In this document: positions 9,182-19,678 of the stretch, piece after piece
How positions within the stretch are numbered: position 1 is the stretch's first letter
Layout: the number at the start of each line of letters is the position of its first letter
NCBI GenBank assembly: GCA_965207735.1
Contig: OZ242296.1
Span: forward strand, 4,768,001-4,832,000
Direction: 5' to 3'
DNA: 64,000 nucleotides
Source: Candidatus Versatilivorator sp.
GTDB taxonomy: Bacteria > Acidobacteriota > Terriglobia > Versatilivoradales > Versatilivoraceae
Translations under genes and position numbers: made by a program
The notes under the pieces: generated by a model
What the model saw: only the letters and a program-made list of their open reading frames with translations
The model's database searches: none
Told to the model about the DNA's origin: nothing

Positions 9182-9709
9182 ATGAATCCGTTGCGGATCG
9201 ACACCAGGGAATTGGAGCGGGGGCCGCGCTCTGTGAAGGCCAGCCTGACCGACCGCCAGTTGAATCTGGATGAAGGGCAGGTTCGCGTCTCCGGCAAGGT
9301 GGCGGTTCATTTGACGGCCGAAAGACAGGCTCAAGGCGGCGTGAGGGTTTGGGGCGAACTGGGTGTTGAAATGGAGTTGACCTGCGCCCGCTGTCTGGAG
9401 GCGCTGTCCCGTCCTTTGACAGCCCATTTCAACCAGTACTATCAATCCAACGCTCACCACTCGCTGACCGGGGAGATCGCTCTCCAGAAGAAGGATCTGG
9501 AAGTGGGGTTTTTCACCGGGGACTTTATCGATGTGAGCGACATCGTTCGCGAGCAGATCTTCTTGAGCTTGCCCATGAAACCGCTTTGTCGGGAGGACTG
9601 TCGGGGCCTGTGTCCGGCCTGTGGACGGAACAGAAACCGCGACGGTTGCCGTTGCGGCCCGGCGGTCAGCGACCCTCGTTTGGCCCCGCTGCTGAAATTC
9701 AGGAATTGA
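9182..9709 (+). CDS. yceD: DUF177/YceD family protein
   Basis: CARCL, PMKPLCREDCRGLCPACG and DPRLAPL motifs; directly upstream of rpmF. Confidence 0.9.
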   Translation: MNPLRIDTRELERGPRSVKASLTDRQLNLDEGQVRVSGKVAVHLTAERQAQGGVRVWGELGVEMELTCARCLEALSRPLTAHFNQYYQSNAHHSLTGEIALQKKDLEVGFFTGDFIDVSDIVREQIFLSLPMKPLCREDCRGLCPACGRNRNRDGCRCGPAVSDPRLAPLLKFRN

Positions 9710-9736
9710 GGGTCCATTCGATCCGGGGGAACCGAA

Positions 9737-9919
9737 ATGCCGAATCCGAAACGACGTCACTCCAAATCCCGCCGCAACAAGAGACGGTCTCACGATTTCC
9801 TGACCGCGCGCTCCACCTCGGAGTGTCCCAATTGCCACGAGACCAAGCTGCCCCATCGGGTCTGTCCGCACTGCGGATATTACCGCGGGCGAGAGGTGAT
9901 TGAAGTGGGTGAGAAGTAG
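9737..9919 (+). CDS. rpmF: 50S ribosomal protein L32 (zinc-ribbon form)
   Basis: [19 protein letters not shown]...CPNC...[10 protein letters not shown]. Confidence 0.97.
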   Translation: MPNPKRRHSKSRRNKRRSHDFLTARSTSECPNCHETKLPHRVCPHCGYYRGREVIEVGEK

Positions 9920-10048
9920 TCCCCGGAGGCTCCGGGGGCGGCCGATCCCAAGATCCGTTGGATCCGCCGGCCGGCCGCTCCCCCGGTGCCGTGCCCGGCG
10001 CTCATAGGCAATCACCGGTCCCCGTGGCCCCCGCCCGGATCGGCTCCA

Positions 10049-10993
10049 ATGAACCACCCCACCGCCTTTATTTTTCCCGGACAGGCTTCGCAGTACCCGG
10101 GGATGGGCCGGGAATTGACCGAAGCCTTTCCGGAAGCCAAGGCCGTCCTGGCGGAAGCCGACCGGGCACTGGGCTTCTCCATCGGACGGCTGTGCTTTGA
10201 AGGCAAGCCCGAAGAGCTGCAACTCACCGAGATCGCCCAGCCTGCCATCCTGACGGCTTCAATGGCGGCTCATGCCGTATTGTCGGCTAGGGGCGTTCAC
10301 CCCCAATTCGTGGCCGGCCACAGCCTGGGGGAGTACAGCGCCATCGTAGCTGCCGGCGGCCTGTCTCTGGCCGACGCCGTCGGCACGGTCAGGAAGCGCG
10401 GCCAGTACATGCAGGAGGCCGTCCCCGTGGGTCAGGGTGCGATGGCCGCTCTCTTGGGGATGCCTCTGGAATCGGTGGAATCTCTTTGCAGGGAAGCGGC
10501 TCAGGGTGAGGTGCTGGAGCCGGCCAACCTCAACTCTCCGGTTCAGATCGTGATTGCCGGCGCCGTCGAGGCGGTTGGTCGAGCCGTCCAGCTTGCGCCT
10601 CAACGGGGAGCCAGGCGGGCCATTCCCCTGCCGGTCAGCGCTCCCTTCCATTGCGCCTTGATGCAACCGGCCCGTGACCGCCTGGAGAAGGACCTGGGTC
10701 AACTCCAATTTCGGGATCTTCAGTGTCCCCTGGTGAACAACGCCGAGGGCGCTGCGATCCATCGGGGAAGCGAGGTGGCCGGGGCCCTAGTGCGGCAGGT
10801 GTGCGCTCCGGTTCGCTGGAGTGAGACCATTCAGTTCCTGAGGGATCGAGGCGTGCGCAGATTCGTCGAGGTAGGGCCGGGCCGGGTGTTGTCGGGGCTG
10901 GTCCGGCAAACCGACCGCTCGCTGGAGGTTCTCAACGTGGAAGACGTCCGGAGCCTTGACAAGACCCTGGCTGCCATGGGAGTTGCGGGATGA
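10049..10993 (+). CDS. fabD: Malonyl CoA-ACP transacylase
   Basis: FPGQASQ, AGHSLGEY, VSAPFH and EVGPG motifs. Confidence 0.95.
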   Translation: MNHPTAFIFPGQASQYPGMGRELTEAFPEAKAVLAEADRALGFSIGRLCFEGKPEELQLTEIAQPAILTASMAAHAVLSARGVHPQFVAGHSLGEYSAIVAAGGLSLADAVGTVRKRGQYMQEAVPVGQGAMAALLGMPLESVESLCREAAQGEVLEPANLNSPVQIVIAGAVEAVGRAVQLAPQRGARRAIPLPVSAPFHCALMQPARDRLEKDLGQLQFRDLQCPLVNNAEGAAIHRGSEVAGALVRQVCAPVRWSETIQFLRDRGVRRFVEVGPGRVLSGLVRQTDRSLEVLNVEDVRSLDKTLAAMGVAG

Positions 10994-11005
10994 AGAGGGA
11001 GATCG

Positions 11006-11746
11006 ATGTCGCTTCAAGGTAAGGTTGCCTTTGTCACTGGTGGATCGCGGGGCATCGGGAGGGCCTGCGCCCTGGTTCTGGCCGACGCCGGCGCCGATGT
11101 GGCCGTGGGTGGAAGGGATGAGGCCCGGCTGAGCGCGGTGGCTGCCGAGATCGAAGGGCTGGGGCGAAAAGCCCTGCCGGTTTCGGTGGACCTGACCCAA
11201 TCGGCTCAGATCAGGACGGCTTTTGAGCAGGTCATGAATGCCTTCGGCCGACTGGATATCCTGGTGAACAACGCCGGGGTCACCCGGGATGGACTGCTGC
11301 TGCGGATGAAGCAGCAAGACTGGTCGGAAGTGCTGCAGACCAATCTGACCGCCACCTTTCTGTGCACCCAGGCCGCGGTCAAGATCATGCTGAGACAGCG
11401 ATACGGTCGAATCGTGAACCTTTCTTCGGTGGTGGGTTTGACGGGCAACGCCGGTCAGGCCAACTATGTGGCCTCGAAGGCGGGGGTCATCGGCTTGACC
11501 AAGACGGTGGCTCAGGAGGTGGCCAGGCGGAACATCACCGTCAACGCGGTGGCCCCCGGCTTTGTGGACACCGCCATGACCCAGGCGCTACCCGAGGCTG
11601 CCAGAGCCAAGCTGCTCGAGCGGATTCCAATGGGCCGGGTTGGACTGGATCGGGAAATCGCCTTGGGCGTCAGGTTCCTGGCCTCGGATGAAGCCGGCTA
11701 TGTGACCGGCCAGGTGCTGCACATCAATGGAGGGCTTTATATGTGA
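11006..11746 (+). CDS. fabG: 3-oxoacyl-ACP reductase
   Basis: TGGSRGIG, NNAG, GQANYVASK, NAVAPG; fab operon context. Confidence 0.95.
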   Translation: MSLQGKVAFVTGGSRGIGRACALVLADAGADVAVGGRDEARLSAVAAEIEGLGRKALPVSVDLTQSAQIRTAFEQVMNAFGRLDILVNNAGVTRDGLLLRMKQQDWSEVLQTNLTATFLCTQAAVKIMLRQRYGRIVNLSSVVGLTGNAGQANYVASKAGVIGLTKTVAQEVARRNITVNAVAPGFVDTAMTQALPEAARAKLLERIPMGRVGLDREIALGVRFLASDEAGYVTGQVLHINGGLYM

Positions 11747-11983
11747 GGTCCCGGTTTCGGGGTCTCTGGCAAGTCGGTTCCGGGGGCATGGCGCCCCCAA
11801 CGGTTCGCTTGCCTTTTTCGAACGCTGATGGCAACATGAGCCTTTTTTGCGGCGGGGCCGAAAGTGGCGGCGCCTTTCTGCCGACAGGGCCTTGCAGTCT
11901 CCGAGCCGGCAATAACGCAGCGGGTTTGGGCGTCATTTGGCAGACAAAGTTTCAATTCGATTTCAATCGAGGAGGATATGGGG

Positions 11984-12229
11984 ATGGCAGATTCGGGCGT
12001 GGACGACAAGGTTAAACAGATCATCGTGGAACAACTGGGGGTGGACGAATCGGAAGTGACCTCTACGGCTTCCTTTGTGGACGACTTGGGCGCGGATTCC
12101 CTCGATACGGTGGAGCTGGTCATGGCTTTCGAGGAGGGTTTCGGAATCGAGATTCCCGACGAGGATGCAGAGAAGATCCAGACGGTCAAGGACGCGATTG
12201 CCTACGTGGAGACCCACGCCAAGGGATAG
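11984..12229 (+). CDS. acpP: Acyl carrier protein
   Basis: [19 protein letters not shown] phosphopantetheine site; GGAGGA SD. Confidence 0.97.
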   Translation: MADSGVDDKVKQIIVEQLGVDESEVTSTASFVDDLGADSLDTVELVMAFEEGFGIEIPDEDAEKIQTVKDAIAYVETHAKG

Positions 12230-12329
12230 TGTCCTGTAGCTTGGCTGCAACGCTGCTGGACGACCGGACGCATTGGCTGGTTGAGGGAACGTGACCAGGC
12301 GGCCGGTTCGGTAGCGGGAGGACGGGGCA

Positions 12330-13571
12330 TTGAAACGAAGAGTGGCAGTTACCGGTATCGGCGTGGTATCTGCGCTGGCCATCGGAACCCGGGAAAACTG
12401 GGACGCTCTGGTCGCGGGAGAAGGCGGTATCAAGCCCATCACACGCTTCGATACGGAGGCCTTTGCCGTCAAATTCGCTGGAGAGGTCAAAGGATTCGAT
12501 CCGCTTGACTGGATTCCCAAAAAGGATGTCAAGAAAATGGATCCTTTCATCCAGTACGCGGTGGCGGCCTCCGACTTTGCCATGGAGTCGTCGGGACTGA
12601 AGGTAACGCCGGAGCTGGCGCCCCGATTCGGAGTCCATGTCGGATCGGGGATCGGAGGCTTCTCCACCATCGAGCGCGAACACAGCGCGCTGCTGCGAGG
12701 CGGTCCCAAGCGGATCTCTCCTTTTTTCATCCCCTCGTCCATTATCAATCTGGCGGCCGGGCAGCTCTCCATTCGGTTCGGGGCCAAGGGTCCGAACACG
12801 GCCACCTGCACCGCCTGCTCCTCGGGGTCCCATGCCATTGGCGACTCGTTCAGGATCATTGCCAGAGGGGAAGCCGACGCCATGCTCTGCGGCGGGTCGG
12901 AAGCCGCCATTACTCCCATGAGCGTGGGTGGATTTGCTTCCATGCGGGCATTGTCCACCCGGAACGAAGAACCTGAGAAGGCCTGTCGTCCTTTCGACCG
13001 CGACCGGGACGGTTTCGTGATCGGAGAAGGCTCGGGAATCCTGGTTCTGGAAGAGATGCAGCGGGCCGAGCGCCGCGGCGCTACCATCTATGCCGAGATC
13101 GTGGGTTACGGCATGTCCGGGGATGCCTACCACATCACCCAGCCCTCGGGAGACGGCCAAGGGGCCTGCCAGGTCATGAGCAACGCGGTGCAGGATGCCG
13201 GAATTCGGCCGGAACAGGTCGACTACATCAATGCTCACGGCACCTCCACACCCTTCAATGACCGGCTGGAGACCAAGGCCATAAAGCTCGCCTTCGGCCG
13301 GCACGCCTACCGGATGCTGGTGAGTTCCACCAAGTCCATGACCGGTCACCTGCTGGGGGCGGCCGGCGGCCTGGAGGGGGCGATTTCGGTTTTGGCTCTC
13401 CACCATCAAACGGTTCCTCCGACCATCAACTACGAGTACCCCGACCCCGAGTGCGACCTGGACTATGTGCCCAACCAGGCGCGGAAGCAGCCGCTGGAGT
13501 ATGCGCTTTCCAACTCCTTCGGCTTCGGGGGCACCAACGCCACCCTCTTGTTCCGCCGCTATCAGGGATAG
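12330..13571 (+). CDS. fabF: Beta-ketoacyl-ACP synthase II
   Basis: TACSSG, NAHGTST, KSMTGHLLGA and SNSFGFGG motifs; TTG start. Confidence 0.95.
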   Translation: MKRRVAVTGIGVVSALAIGTRENWDALVAGEGGIKPITRFDTEAFAVKFAGEVKGFDPLDWIPKKDVKKMDPFIQYAVAASDFAMESSGLKVTPELAPRFGVHVGSGIGGFSTIEREHSALLRGGPKRISPFFIPSSIINLAAGQLSIRFGAKGPNTATCTACSSGSHAIGDSFRIIARGEADAMLCGGSEAAITPMSVGGFASMRALSTRNEEPEKACRPFDRDRDGFVIGEGSGILVLEEMQRAERRGATIYAEIVGYGMSGDAYHITQPSGDGQGACQVMSNAVQDAGIRPEQVDYINAHGTSTPFNDRLETKAIKLAFGRHAYRMLVSSTKSMTGHLLGAAGGLEGAISVLALHHQTVPPTINYEYPDPECDLDYVPNQARKQPLEYALSNSFGFGGTNATLLFRRYQG

Positions 13572-13775
13572 CCCGCGGCACGCCGGGGCCTGACAACCCG
13601 GCTTCCACCCCTCCATCACATCAGCCTTGGCCTTTCGGCATTTCTCACCAGAGGATCGGGCATTGGCTGGAAGAGTGTTTTTCGTCAGCGTCTTGCAGCG
13701 ATTCTTGGGTAGCTTCAACATACAGACTGTGCTGAGCGTGCCCCGACTTATCTGAGCTCGAACACTATGGAAGGT

Positions 13776-14469
13776 TGCTGGCGCCGCCTGCGCGGCTCTG
13801 AGGGAGGCCGGCTCAAGATGCGTTTGTGCAGGTGAGAAAGGCCATTGCGTTGCCCTGCGCCTCACGTGGGCTCACCGGCATTTGCTGCCGCCGCTTCGCG
13901 GCTCGACTCCCGTACGTTACGTTTCCGATGCACGTTTCCCATGGGCTGACGCCCACGGCTACCTGCTGGCGCCGCCTACGCGGCTCTGAGGGAGGCCGGC
14001 TCAAGATGCGTTTGTGCAGGTGAGAAGGGCCATTGCGTTGCCCTGCGCCTCACGTGGGCTCACCGGTGTTTGCTGGCGCCGCCTACGCGGCTCGACTCCC
14101 GTACGTTACGTTTCCGATGCACGTTTCCCATGGGCTGACGCCCACGGCTACCTGCTGGCGCCGCCTACGCGGCTCTGAGGGAGGCCGGCTCAAGATGCGT
14201 TTGTGCAGGTGAGAAGGGCCATTGCGTTGCCCTGCGCTTCACGTGGGCTCACCGGTGTTTGCTGGCGCCGCCTACGCGGCTCGACTCCCGTACGTTACGT
14301 TTCCGATGCACGTTTCCCATGGGCTGACGCCCACGGCTACCTGCTGGCGCCGCCTACGCGGCTCTGAGGGAGGCCGGCTCAAGATGCGTTTGTGCAGGTG
14401 AGAAAGGCCATTGCGTTGCCCTGCGCCTCAAGTGGGCTCACCGGCATTTGCTGCCGCCGCTTCGCGGCT
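13776..14469. repeat. Tandem array of about 3.7 x 189-bp REP-containing units (BIME-like, family A)
   Basis: 'agggaggccggctcaag' recurs at 13801, 13989, 14178 and 14367; each unit carries gctggcgccgcctacgcggctc-like and ccatgggctgacgcccacgg palindromes. Confidence 0.95.
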
Positions 14470-14519
14470 TACTGGAAGCCCCAGGCTGCTGCCCGGGGAT
14501 TTTCGGTTACAAACCCTTT

Positions 14520-14673
14520 CCCCCGGCAGTGTCCTGGTTTACGGGAGAGCGGCGAAGCCGCGTCAGCAGGTAGCCGTGGGCGTCAGCCCATGGAAAGGGT
14601 TGGTGCCAGGGTTGAGCCGCGAAGGCGGCGGCAGCAGGTTGCCGTAGGTGTGACCCGGCCACAAGCTCATGGG
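14520..14673. repeat. Inverted family A REP copies closing the array
   Basis: cagcaggtagccgtgggcgtcagcccatgg is the reverse complement of part of the array unit; also contains gagccgcgaaggcggcg. Confidence 0.85.
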
Positions 14674-14702
14674 TTGCGGCCCGCGGGAGTTCATTTCAGG
14701 CG

Positions 14703-14711
14703 TGATACACT
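14703..14711 (+). promoter_or_regulatory. Extended -10 element upstream of uvrB
   Basis: TG-a-TACACT, about 40 bp before the GTG start. Confidence 0.4.
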
Positions 14712-14748
14712 CGGACTGGAGACTCTTGGTTCGGGTGGAGCGACAGCG

Positions 14749-16743
14749 GTGGAAACGCAAAGACCCTTTCGGGTGACCCAGTATCAACCGAAGGGCGACC
14801 AGATTCAGGCGATCCGGGAACTGGTTCGCGGACTGGACGATGGCGAGCCGCACCAGGTGTTGCTGGGGGTCACCGGTTCCGGTAAGACCTACACCATGGC
14901 CAAGGTCATAGAGCAGATGAACCGTCCGGCTCTGGTGCTGGCTCACAACAAGACGCTGGCGGCGCAGCTCTGCCAGGAGTTCCGCAGCTTTTTCCCGGAC
15001 AATGCCGTGGAGTACTTCGTCAGCTACTACGACTACTATCAACCCGAAGCCTACATTGCGGCTACCGACACCTATATCGAGAAAGAATCCACCATCAACG
15101 ACGAGATCGACAAGATGCGCATGTCGGCCACCCGATCCCTGTTCGAACGGCGGGATTGCGTCATTGTGGCCAGCGTCAGCTGCATCTACGGCATCGGTTC
15201 TCCGGAAGCCTACTACGGGATGTTGCTGTTTCTGGCCAAGGGACAGCGGGTCAGCAGGGAGGAGATACTGAAGAAGCTGGTGGAGATCCAGTACGAGCGC
15301 AGCGATGACGATTTTCGCCGGGGCACTTTCCGTGTCCGGGGGGACCGCATCGAGGTCTTTCCGGCTTACGACGATCAAGCCTACCGCATCGAGCTGTTCG
15401 GGGATGAAATCGAGTCCCTGTTTCAGATCGACCCGCTCAGCGGCGAAATCCGCTTCTCCTACGAGCGCCTTCCCATCTACCCCAAGTCCCACTACGTCAT
15501 GCCCCGTCCCACCTTGCTCAAGGCCATTGAGACCATCAGGGAGGAGTTGGAACAGTGGCGTCCCCGGCTGGAAGCCGAGGGGAAGTGGGTGGAGGCCCAG
15601 CGTCTTCAGCAGCGGACCCTGTTCGACCTGGAGATGATGAAGGAAATAGGATTCTGTCACGGCATCGAGAACTACTCCCGCCATCTTTCGGGCCGCTGCC
15701 CCGGCCAGCCTCCACCAACCCTGCTGGACTACCTGCCTCAGGACCACCTGTTCTTCATCGACGAGAGTCATCAGTCCGTCCCCCAGGTTCGAGGGATGTA
15801 TGCCGGGGACCGTTCCCGCAAGCAGAACCTGGTCGACTTCGGTTTTCGCCTGCCCTCGGCCCTGGACAACCGCCCTCTCAAGTTCGAAGAATTCGAGCAT
15901 CGCCTCAATCAGGTGATCTACGTCTCGGCCACCCCCGGGCCCTACGAACTGACCAAGACCAGTGGCGTCGTGGTGGAACAGATCATTCGTCCCACCGGCT
16001 TGGTGGATCCCGCGGTGGAGGTGAGGCCCGTCGGGTCCCAGGTGGACGATCTGCTTCACGAGATTCGACTGCGGGAAAAACGACGGGAAAGAGTGCTGGT
16101 GACCACCCTGACCAAGCGCATGGCCGAGGATCTGGCCGAGTACTATCGCGAGGTGGGCGTCCGCTGCCGCTACATGCATTCGGAGATCGATACGCTGGAG
16201 CGGATCAAGATCCTGCGAGGCCTGCGGTTGGGGGATTTCGACGTGCTGGTGGGAATCAACCTGCTGCGCGAGGGGCTCGACCTTCCGGAAGTGTCGCTGG
16301 TCGCCATCCTGGATGCCGACAAGGAAGGCTTTCTGAGGTCCCGCGATTCTCTCATTCAAACGATCGGGAGAGCCGCTCGCCACCTGAGCGGCCGGGCCAT
16401 ACTCTACGCCGATCGGATGACGGAGTCCATGAGACAGGCCCTGGATGAGACCAACCGGCGCCGGGAAAAGCAGCTTGGCTACAACCGGAAACACGGGATT
16501 ACTCCGGAATCGATTATGAAACCGGTCGACATGCACCTGATCGCCATGGTCGAGGCGGACTATCTGGACCTGGCGCCGGAGCAGGATGCCGTCGAGGTGA
16601 CCTCTCCCGATGAAATCGAAGCCCAGATCCTCAAGCTGCAAGCCAGGATGAAGGAGGCGGCCCGGAATTTCGAATTCGAAGCCGCCGCCCGGTTGCGAGA
16701 CCAGATAAAGGCGTTGAAGGAGAAGGAGATGAGCCTGCTCTGA
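14749..16743 (+). CDS. uvrB: Excinuclease ABC subunit B
   Basis: [44 protein letters not shown] and C-terminal UVR domain; GTG start with GGAG SD. Confidence 0.97.
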   Translation: METQRPFRVTQYQPKGDQIQAIRELVRGLDDGEPHQVLLGVTGSGKTYTMAKVIEQMNRPALVLAHNKTLAAQLCQEFRSFFPDNAVEYFVSYYDYYQPEAYIAATDTYIEKESTINDEIDKMRMSATRSLFERRDCVIVASVSCIYGIGSPEAYYGMLLFLAKGQRVSREEILKKLVEIQYERSDDDFRRGTFRVRGDRIEVFPAYDDQAYRIELFGDEIESLFQIDPLSGEIRFSYERLPIYPKSHYVMPRPTLLKAIETIREELEQWRPRLEAEGKWVEAQRLQQRTLFDLEMMKEIGFCHGIENYSRHLSGRCPGQPPPTLLDYLPQDHLFFIDESHQSVPQVRGMYAGDRSRKQNLVDFGFRLPSALDNRPLKFEEFEHRLNQVIYVSATPGPYELTKTSGVVVEQIIRPTGLVDPAVEVRPVGSQVDDLLHEIRLREKRRERVLVTTLTKRMAEDLAEYYREVGVRCRYMHSEIDTLERIKILRGLRLGDFDVLVGINLLREGLDLPEVSLVAILDADKEGFLRSRDSLIQTIGRAARHLSGRAILYADRMTESMRQALDETNRRREKQLGYNRKHGITPESIMKPVDMHLIAMVEADYLDLAPEQDAVEVTSPDEIEAQILKLQARMKEAARNFEFEAAARLRDQIKALKEKEMSLL

Positions 16744-16855
16744 GAGGCAGGAGGGATAAGCGGGCTATGCCGCTTGGCTGGAGCGACCGGACGCGATGCC
16801 CCGAACCGTTTCCCCCTGAGCGGGACGTCGCAACTTTTCTCGAGATCGGGGACCC

Positions 16856-18529
16856 ATGACGATGGCAGATTCTCCCGAGGTGTTTCAAACCGCTGTCGAC
16901 CGGCGCAGTCCGGGATTTCAGAGGCGCCACAGGGCGATGGAAGCGCTGGTGGAACGGATGCGGCGGGACGAGAACGCCATCCGCCAGGGGGGCGGAGCCG
17001 AGGCTGCACGCAGGCAAAATGCCAAGGGACGCCTGACTGCTCGGGAGAGGATCCGACACCTCGTCGATCCCGATCCCCCATTCCTGGAGTTGGGAATCTA
17101 CGCGGCCCACCAGATGTACGCCGAGTGGGGCGGCGCCCCGTCGGCCGGCGTGATCGCGGGCATGGCCAAGGTCTGTGGGCGCCACTTCATGGTCATCGCC
17201 AACGACGCCACCGTCAAGGCGGGTTCCTTCTTTCCCATGACCGCCAAGAAGGTTTTGCGGGCCCAGACGATCTCGCTGGAGAACCGCCTGCCCATCATCT
17301 ACCTGGTGGACTCCGCCGGCATTTTTCTACCCCTTCAGGAGGACGTGTTCCCCGACACCGACGATTTTGGCCGGGTCTTCTACAACAACGCCGTCCTCTC
17401 TGCCCGGGGGATTCCACAGATCACCGCCGTCATGGGCTCCTGCGTGGCCGGCGGAGCCTATCTGCCGGTGATGTGCGACAAGCTGCTGATGACCGAGGGG
17501 AGCGGACTCTATCTGGCCGGACCGGCACTGGTCAAGGCGGCCATCGGACAGAAAGTGTCCAGCGAGGAACTGGGCGGCGCCGCGGTGCACGCCGGCCTCA
17601 GCGGCACCGTCGACTTCCGGGAAAAGGACGATCTCAGTTGCCTGGGCCGTATTCGCGAACTGGTGGACAAGATGGGCCGTAGGACGGGCTCCAGTCCGGA
17701 TTGCCGCCCCTCGGCGGAGCCTCGCCATGATCCGGCGGAGCTTGGGGGGGTATTCTCCGCCGATCCCGTCGGCGAATACGAGATGCGGGAGGTGATTGCC
17801 CGCCTGGTGGACGACAGCCGATTCACCGAGTTCCGGAAAGAGTACGGCCGGACCCTGATCACCGGATACGCCCGGTTGGGCGGGTTTGCCGTGGGTCTGG
17901 TGGCCAATCAGAAACGGCATCAGCAGAGGCAGGACGGACGGCTGGAAGTCGGCGGCGTGATCTATGCCGAGAGCGCCAACAAGGCGGCGCGCTTCATGAT
18001 GGACTGCAACCGGAACGGCATCCCGCTCATTTTTCTGCACGACGTCAACGGCTTCATGGTGGGTCGGGAGGCCGAGCATGGGGGCATCATCAAGGCAGGA
18101 GCCAGGATGGTGAACGTGGTCTCCAACAGTGTCGTTCCCAAGATCACGGTGATCCTGGGCGGCAGCTTCGGAGCCGGGCACTACGCCATGTGCGGCAAAG
18201 CCTACGGGCCCAGGTTCCTGTACGCCTGGCCCAGTGCCCGCTACGGGGTCATGGGCGGGGATCAGGCGGCCCGCACCCTGGTGGAGGTCCGACTGGCGCA
18301 GCGGGAAAGGGAAGGAGCCGGGTTGACGGATGCGCAACGCCGGGAAATGGAGGCCGAGGTCCGGGAGACCTTTGAACAGCAGGCCGATCCTCGCTATGGA
18401 GCAGCCCGGCTGTGGGTGGATGCTCTGATCGATCCGTCCCGGACCCGGGAGGTGCTCATTCGGAGCCTTCAGGTGGCCGCCCTCAATCCGGAGGCGCCCG
18501 CCTTCAAGCTGGGGATGCTTCAGACCTGA
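16856..18529 (+). CDS. Acyl-CoA carboxylase carboxyltransferase (beta) subunit, methylcrotonyl-CoA carboxylase-like
   Basis: LTARERI, ANDATVKAG, YLVDSAG, GSCVAGGAY and GGSFGAGHYAMCG motifs. Confidence 0.88.
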   Translation: MTMADSPEVFQTAVDRRSPGFQRRHRAMEALVERMRRDENAIRQGGGAEAARRQNAKGRLTARERIRHLVDPDPPFLELGIYAAHQMYAEWGGAPSAGVIAGMAKVCGRHFMVIANDATVKAGSFFPMTAKKVLRAQTISLENRLPIIYLVDSAGIFLPLQEDVFPDTDDFGRVFYNNAVLSARGIPQITAVMGSCVAGGAYLPVMCDKLLMTEGSGLYLAGPALVKAAIGQKVSSEELGGAAVHAGLSGTVDFREKDDLSCLGRIRELVDKMGRRTGSSPDCRPSAEPRHDPAELGGVFSADPVGEYEMREVIARLVDDSRFTEFRKEYGRTLITGYARLGGFAVGLVANQKRHQQRQDGRLEVGGVIYAESANKAARFMMDCNRNGIPLIFLHDVNGFMVGREAEHGGIIKAGARMVNVVSNSVVPKITVILGGSFGAGHYAMCGKAYGPRFLYAWPSARYGVMGGDQAARTLVEVRLAQREREGAGLTDAQRREMEAEVRETFEQQADPRYGAARLWVDALIDPSRTREVLIRSLQVAALNPEAPAFKLGMLQT

Positions 18530-18536
18530 AATGCAC

Positions 18537-19505
18537 TCATCCCGGGTGCAGCAGCACCTTCAGCGCACCGGGGGACTGAGCCAGTCGGAATGCCTCTACC
18601 GCCTCGTTCAGAGGCAGGGATTCCCCGATCAGTCGGCTGGGTTGAATGCGCTTGCGGACCAGCAGATCGAGCGCCGGTTCGAAACGGCCGCAGCGAGACC
18701 CCAACAGGGTGAGTTCGTCCACCACCACCGAGGCCGGATCGAATGACTGCCGTCCATGAAAGGTGGACTTCAGGACCACCGTGCCTCGCGGTTTCAGGAG
18801 TCTGAGGGCCAGCTCCAGTCCCGACGGCGAACCGGTGGCTTCCACCACCAGTTCGAAGGAGCGAGTTGCTGTTTGGGCCGAGCCGAGTTGGAGAGTGTTG
18901 ACCCCCAGATCCTCAACGAGGTGCATTTTCCGCGGATGCTTGCCGATCAGGGTCAGGGGAGGATGTGGACCCGGTCTGGCCTGGGCCAGGACCATGGCGA
19001 TCAGCAGTCCCAGCTTTCCGTCTCCCAGGACGGCGATCTTTTCCACCCGTTGGATGTCGACTTGGTCTAGAATCTCACAGGCGGCGGCGACCGGTTCCAC
19101 AAAGACCGCGTCGTCGTCGGAAACCGAGTCGGGAACCGGATGGAGATTCTGCTCCGGAAGGGTGAAGTACCCGCGAAAGGCGCCGTCCCGTTTCAGAATT
19201 CCCAGCACCGAGCGTCGGGCACAATGTCTCCCCCAACCGGTTCGGCAGAATTCGCACCGGGAGCAGACGGCGTTGATTTCTCCAACCACCCGGGCGCCCA
19301 CCAGCGACGGAGTCCTGGAGGATTCGACTCTGCCGACGAACTCGTGGCCCAACACGCCCTTGAAACCGAAGTACCCTCTGGTGATTTCGATATCGGTGTT
19401 GCAAATGCCGGCCTGGATGAGACGCACCACGCTTTCGTCCCCGGTGAATACCGGCTTGGATGCGTCTACGACTTCAAGCTTCCGATCGAAAACAACCGCT
19501 TTCAT
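18537..19505 (-). CDS. Zinc-binding alcohol dehydrogenase (MDR family)
   Basis: GICNTD, LGHEFVG, structural-Zn cysteines C..C..C.......C, LGDGKLG, GSRCG. Confidence 0.88.
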   Translation of the reverse strand: MKAVVFDRKLEVVDASKPVFTGDESVVRLIQAGICNTDIEITRGYFGFKGVLGHEFVGRVESSRTPSLVGARVVGEINAVCSRCEFCRTGWGRHCARRSVLGILKRDGAFRGYFTLPEQNLHPVPDSVSDDDAVFVEPVAAACEILDQVDIQRVEKIAVLGDGKLGLLIAMVLAQARPGPHPPLTLIGKHPRKMHLVEDLGVNTLQLGSAQTATRSFELVVEATGSPSGLELALRLLKPRGTVVLKSTFHGRQSFDPASVVVDELTLLGSRCGRFEPALDLLVRKRIQPSRLIGESLPLNEAVEAFRLAQSPGALKVLLHPG

Positions 19506-19678
19506 GGTCGCTCCGGGGTGAGGATGGGCTTGAGACCGGGAACGGGTTTCTTCCCCGGGGGCGCCGGTCCCTCGGCCAGCCGGACCGACCTCCTCCAGAA
19601 ACGGCCTCCCGCTGTCAGGGAACTGTAAACACCAAATTTATTTTAGGACAGTTCAGATTCCGTCGAGAGGACAATCGA

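Noticed and set aside
13776-14469. CRISPR array
   Set aside because: Entire 189-bp units are near-identical, with no unique spacers, and there are no cas genes in the window
14392-14748. 119-aa N-terminal extension of UvrB in the ORF track
   Set aside because: It is translated repeat sequence; UvrB similarity begins near GTG 14749, which has an SD
14660-14748. LexA box upstream of uvrB
   Set aside because: No GTTC-N7-GTTC, CTGT-N8-ACAG or GAAC-N4-GTTC match seen
19621-19653. aactgt...acagtt inverted repeat in a divergent promoter region
   Set aside because: Only 6-bp arms with a 21-bp spacer; could be chance
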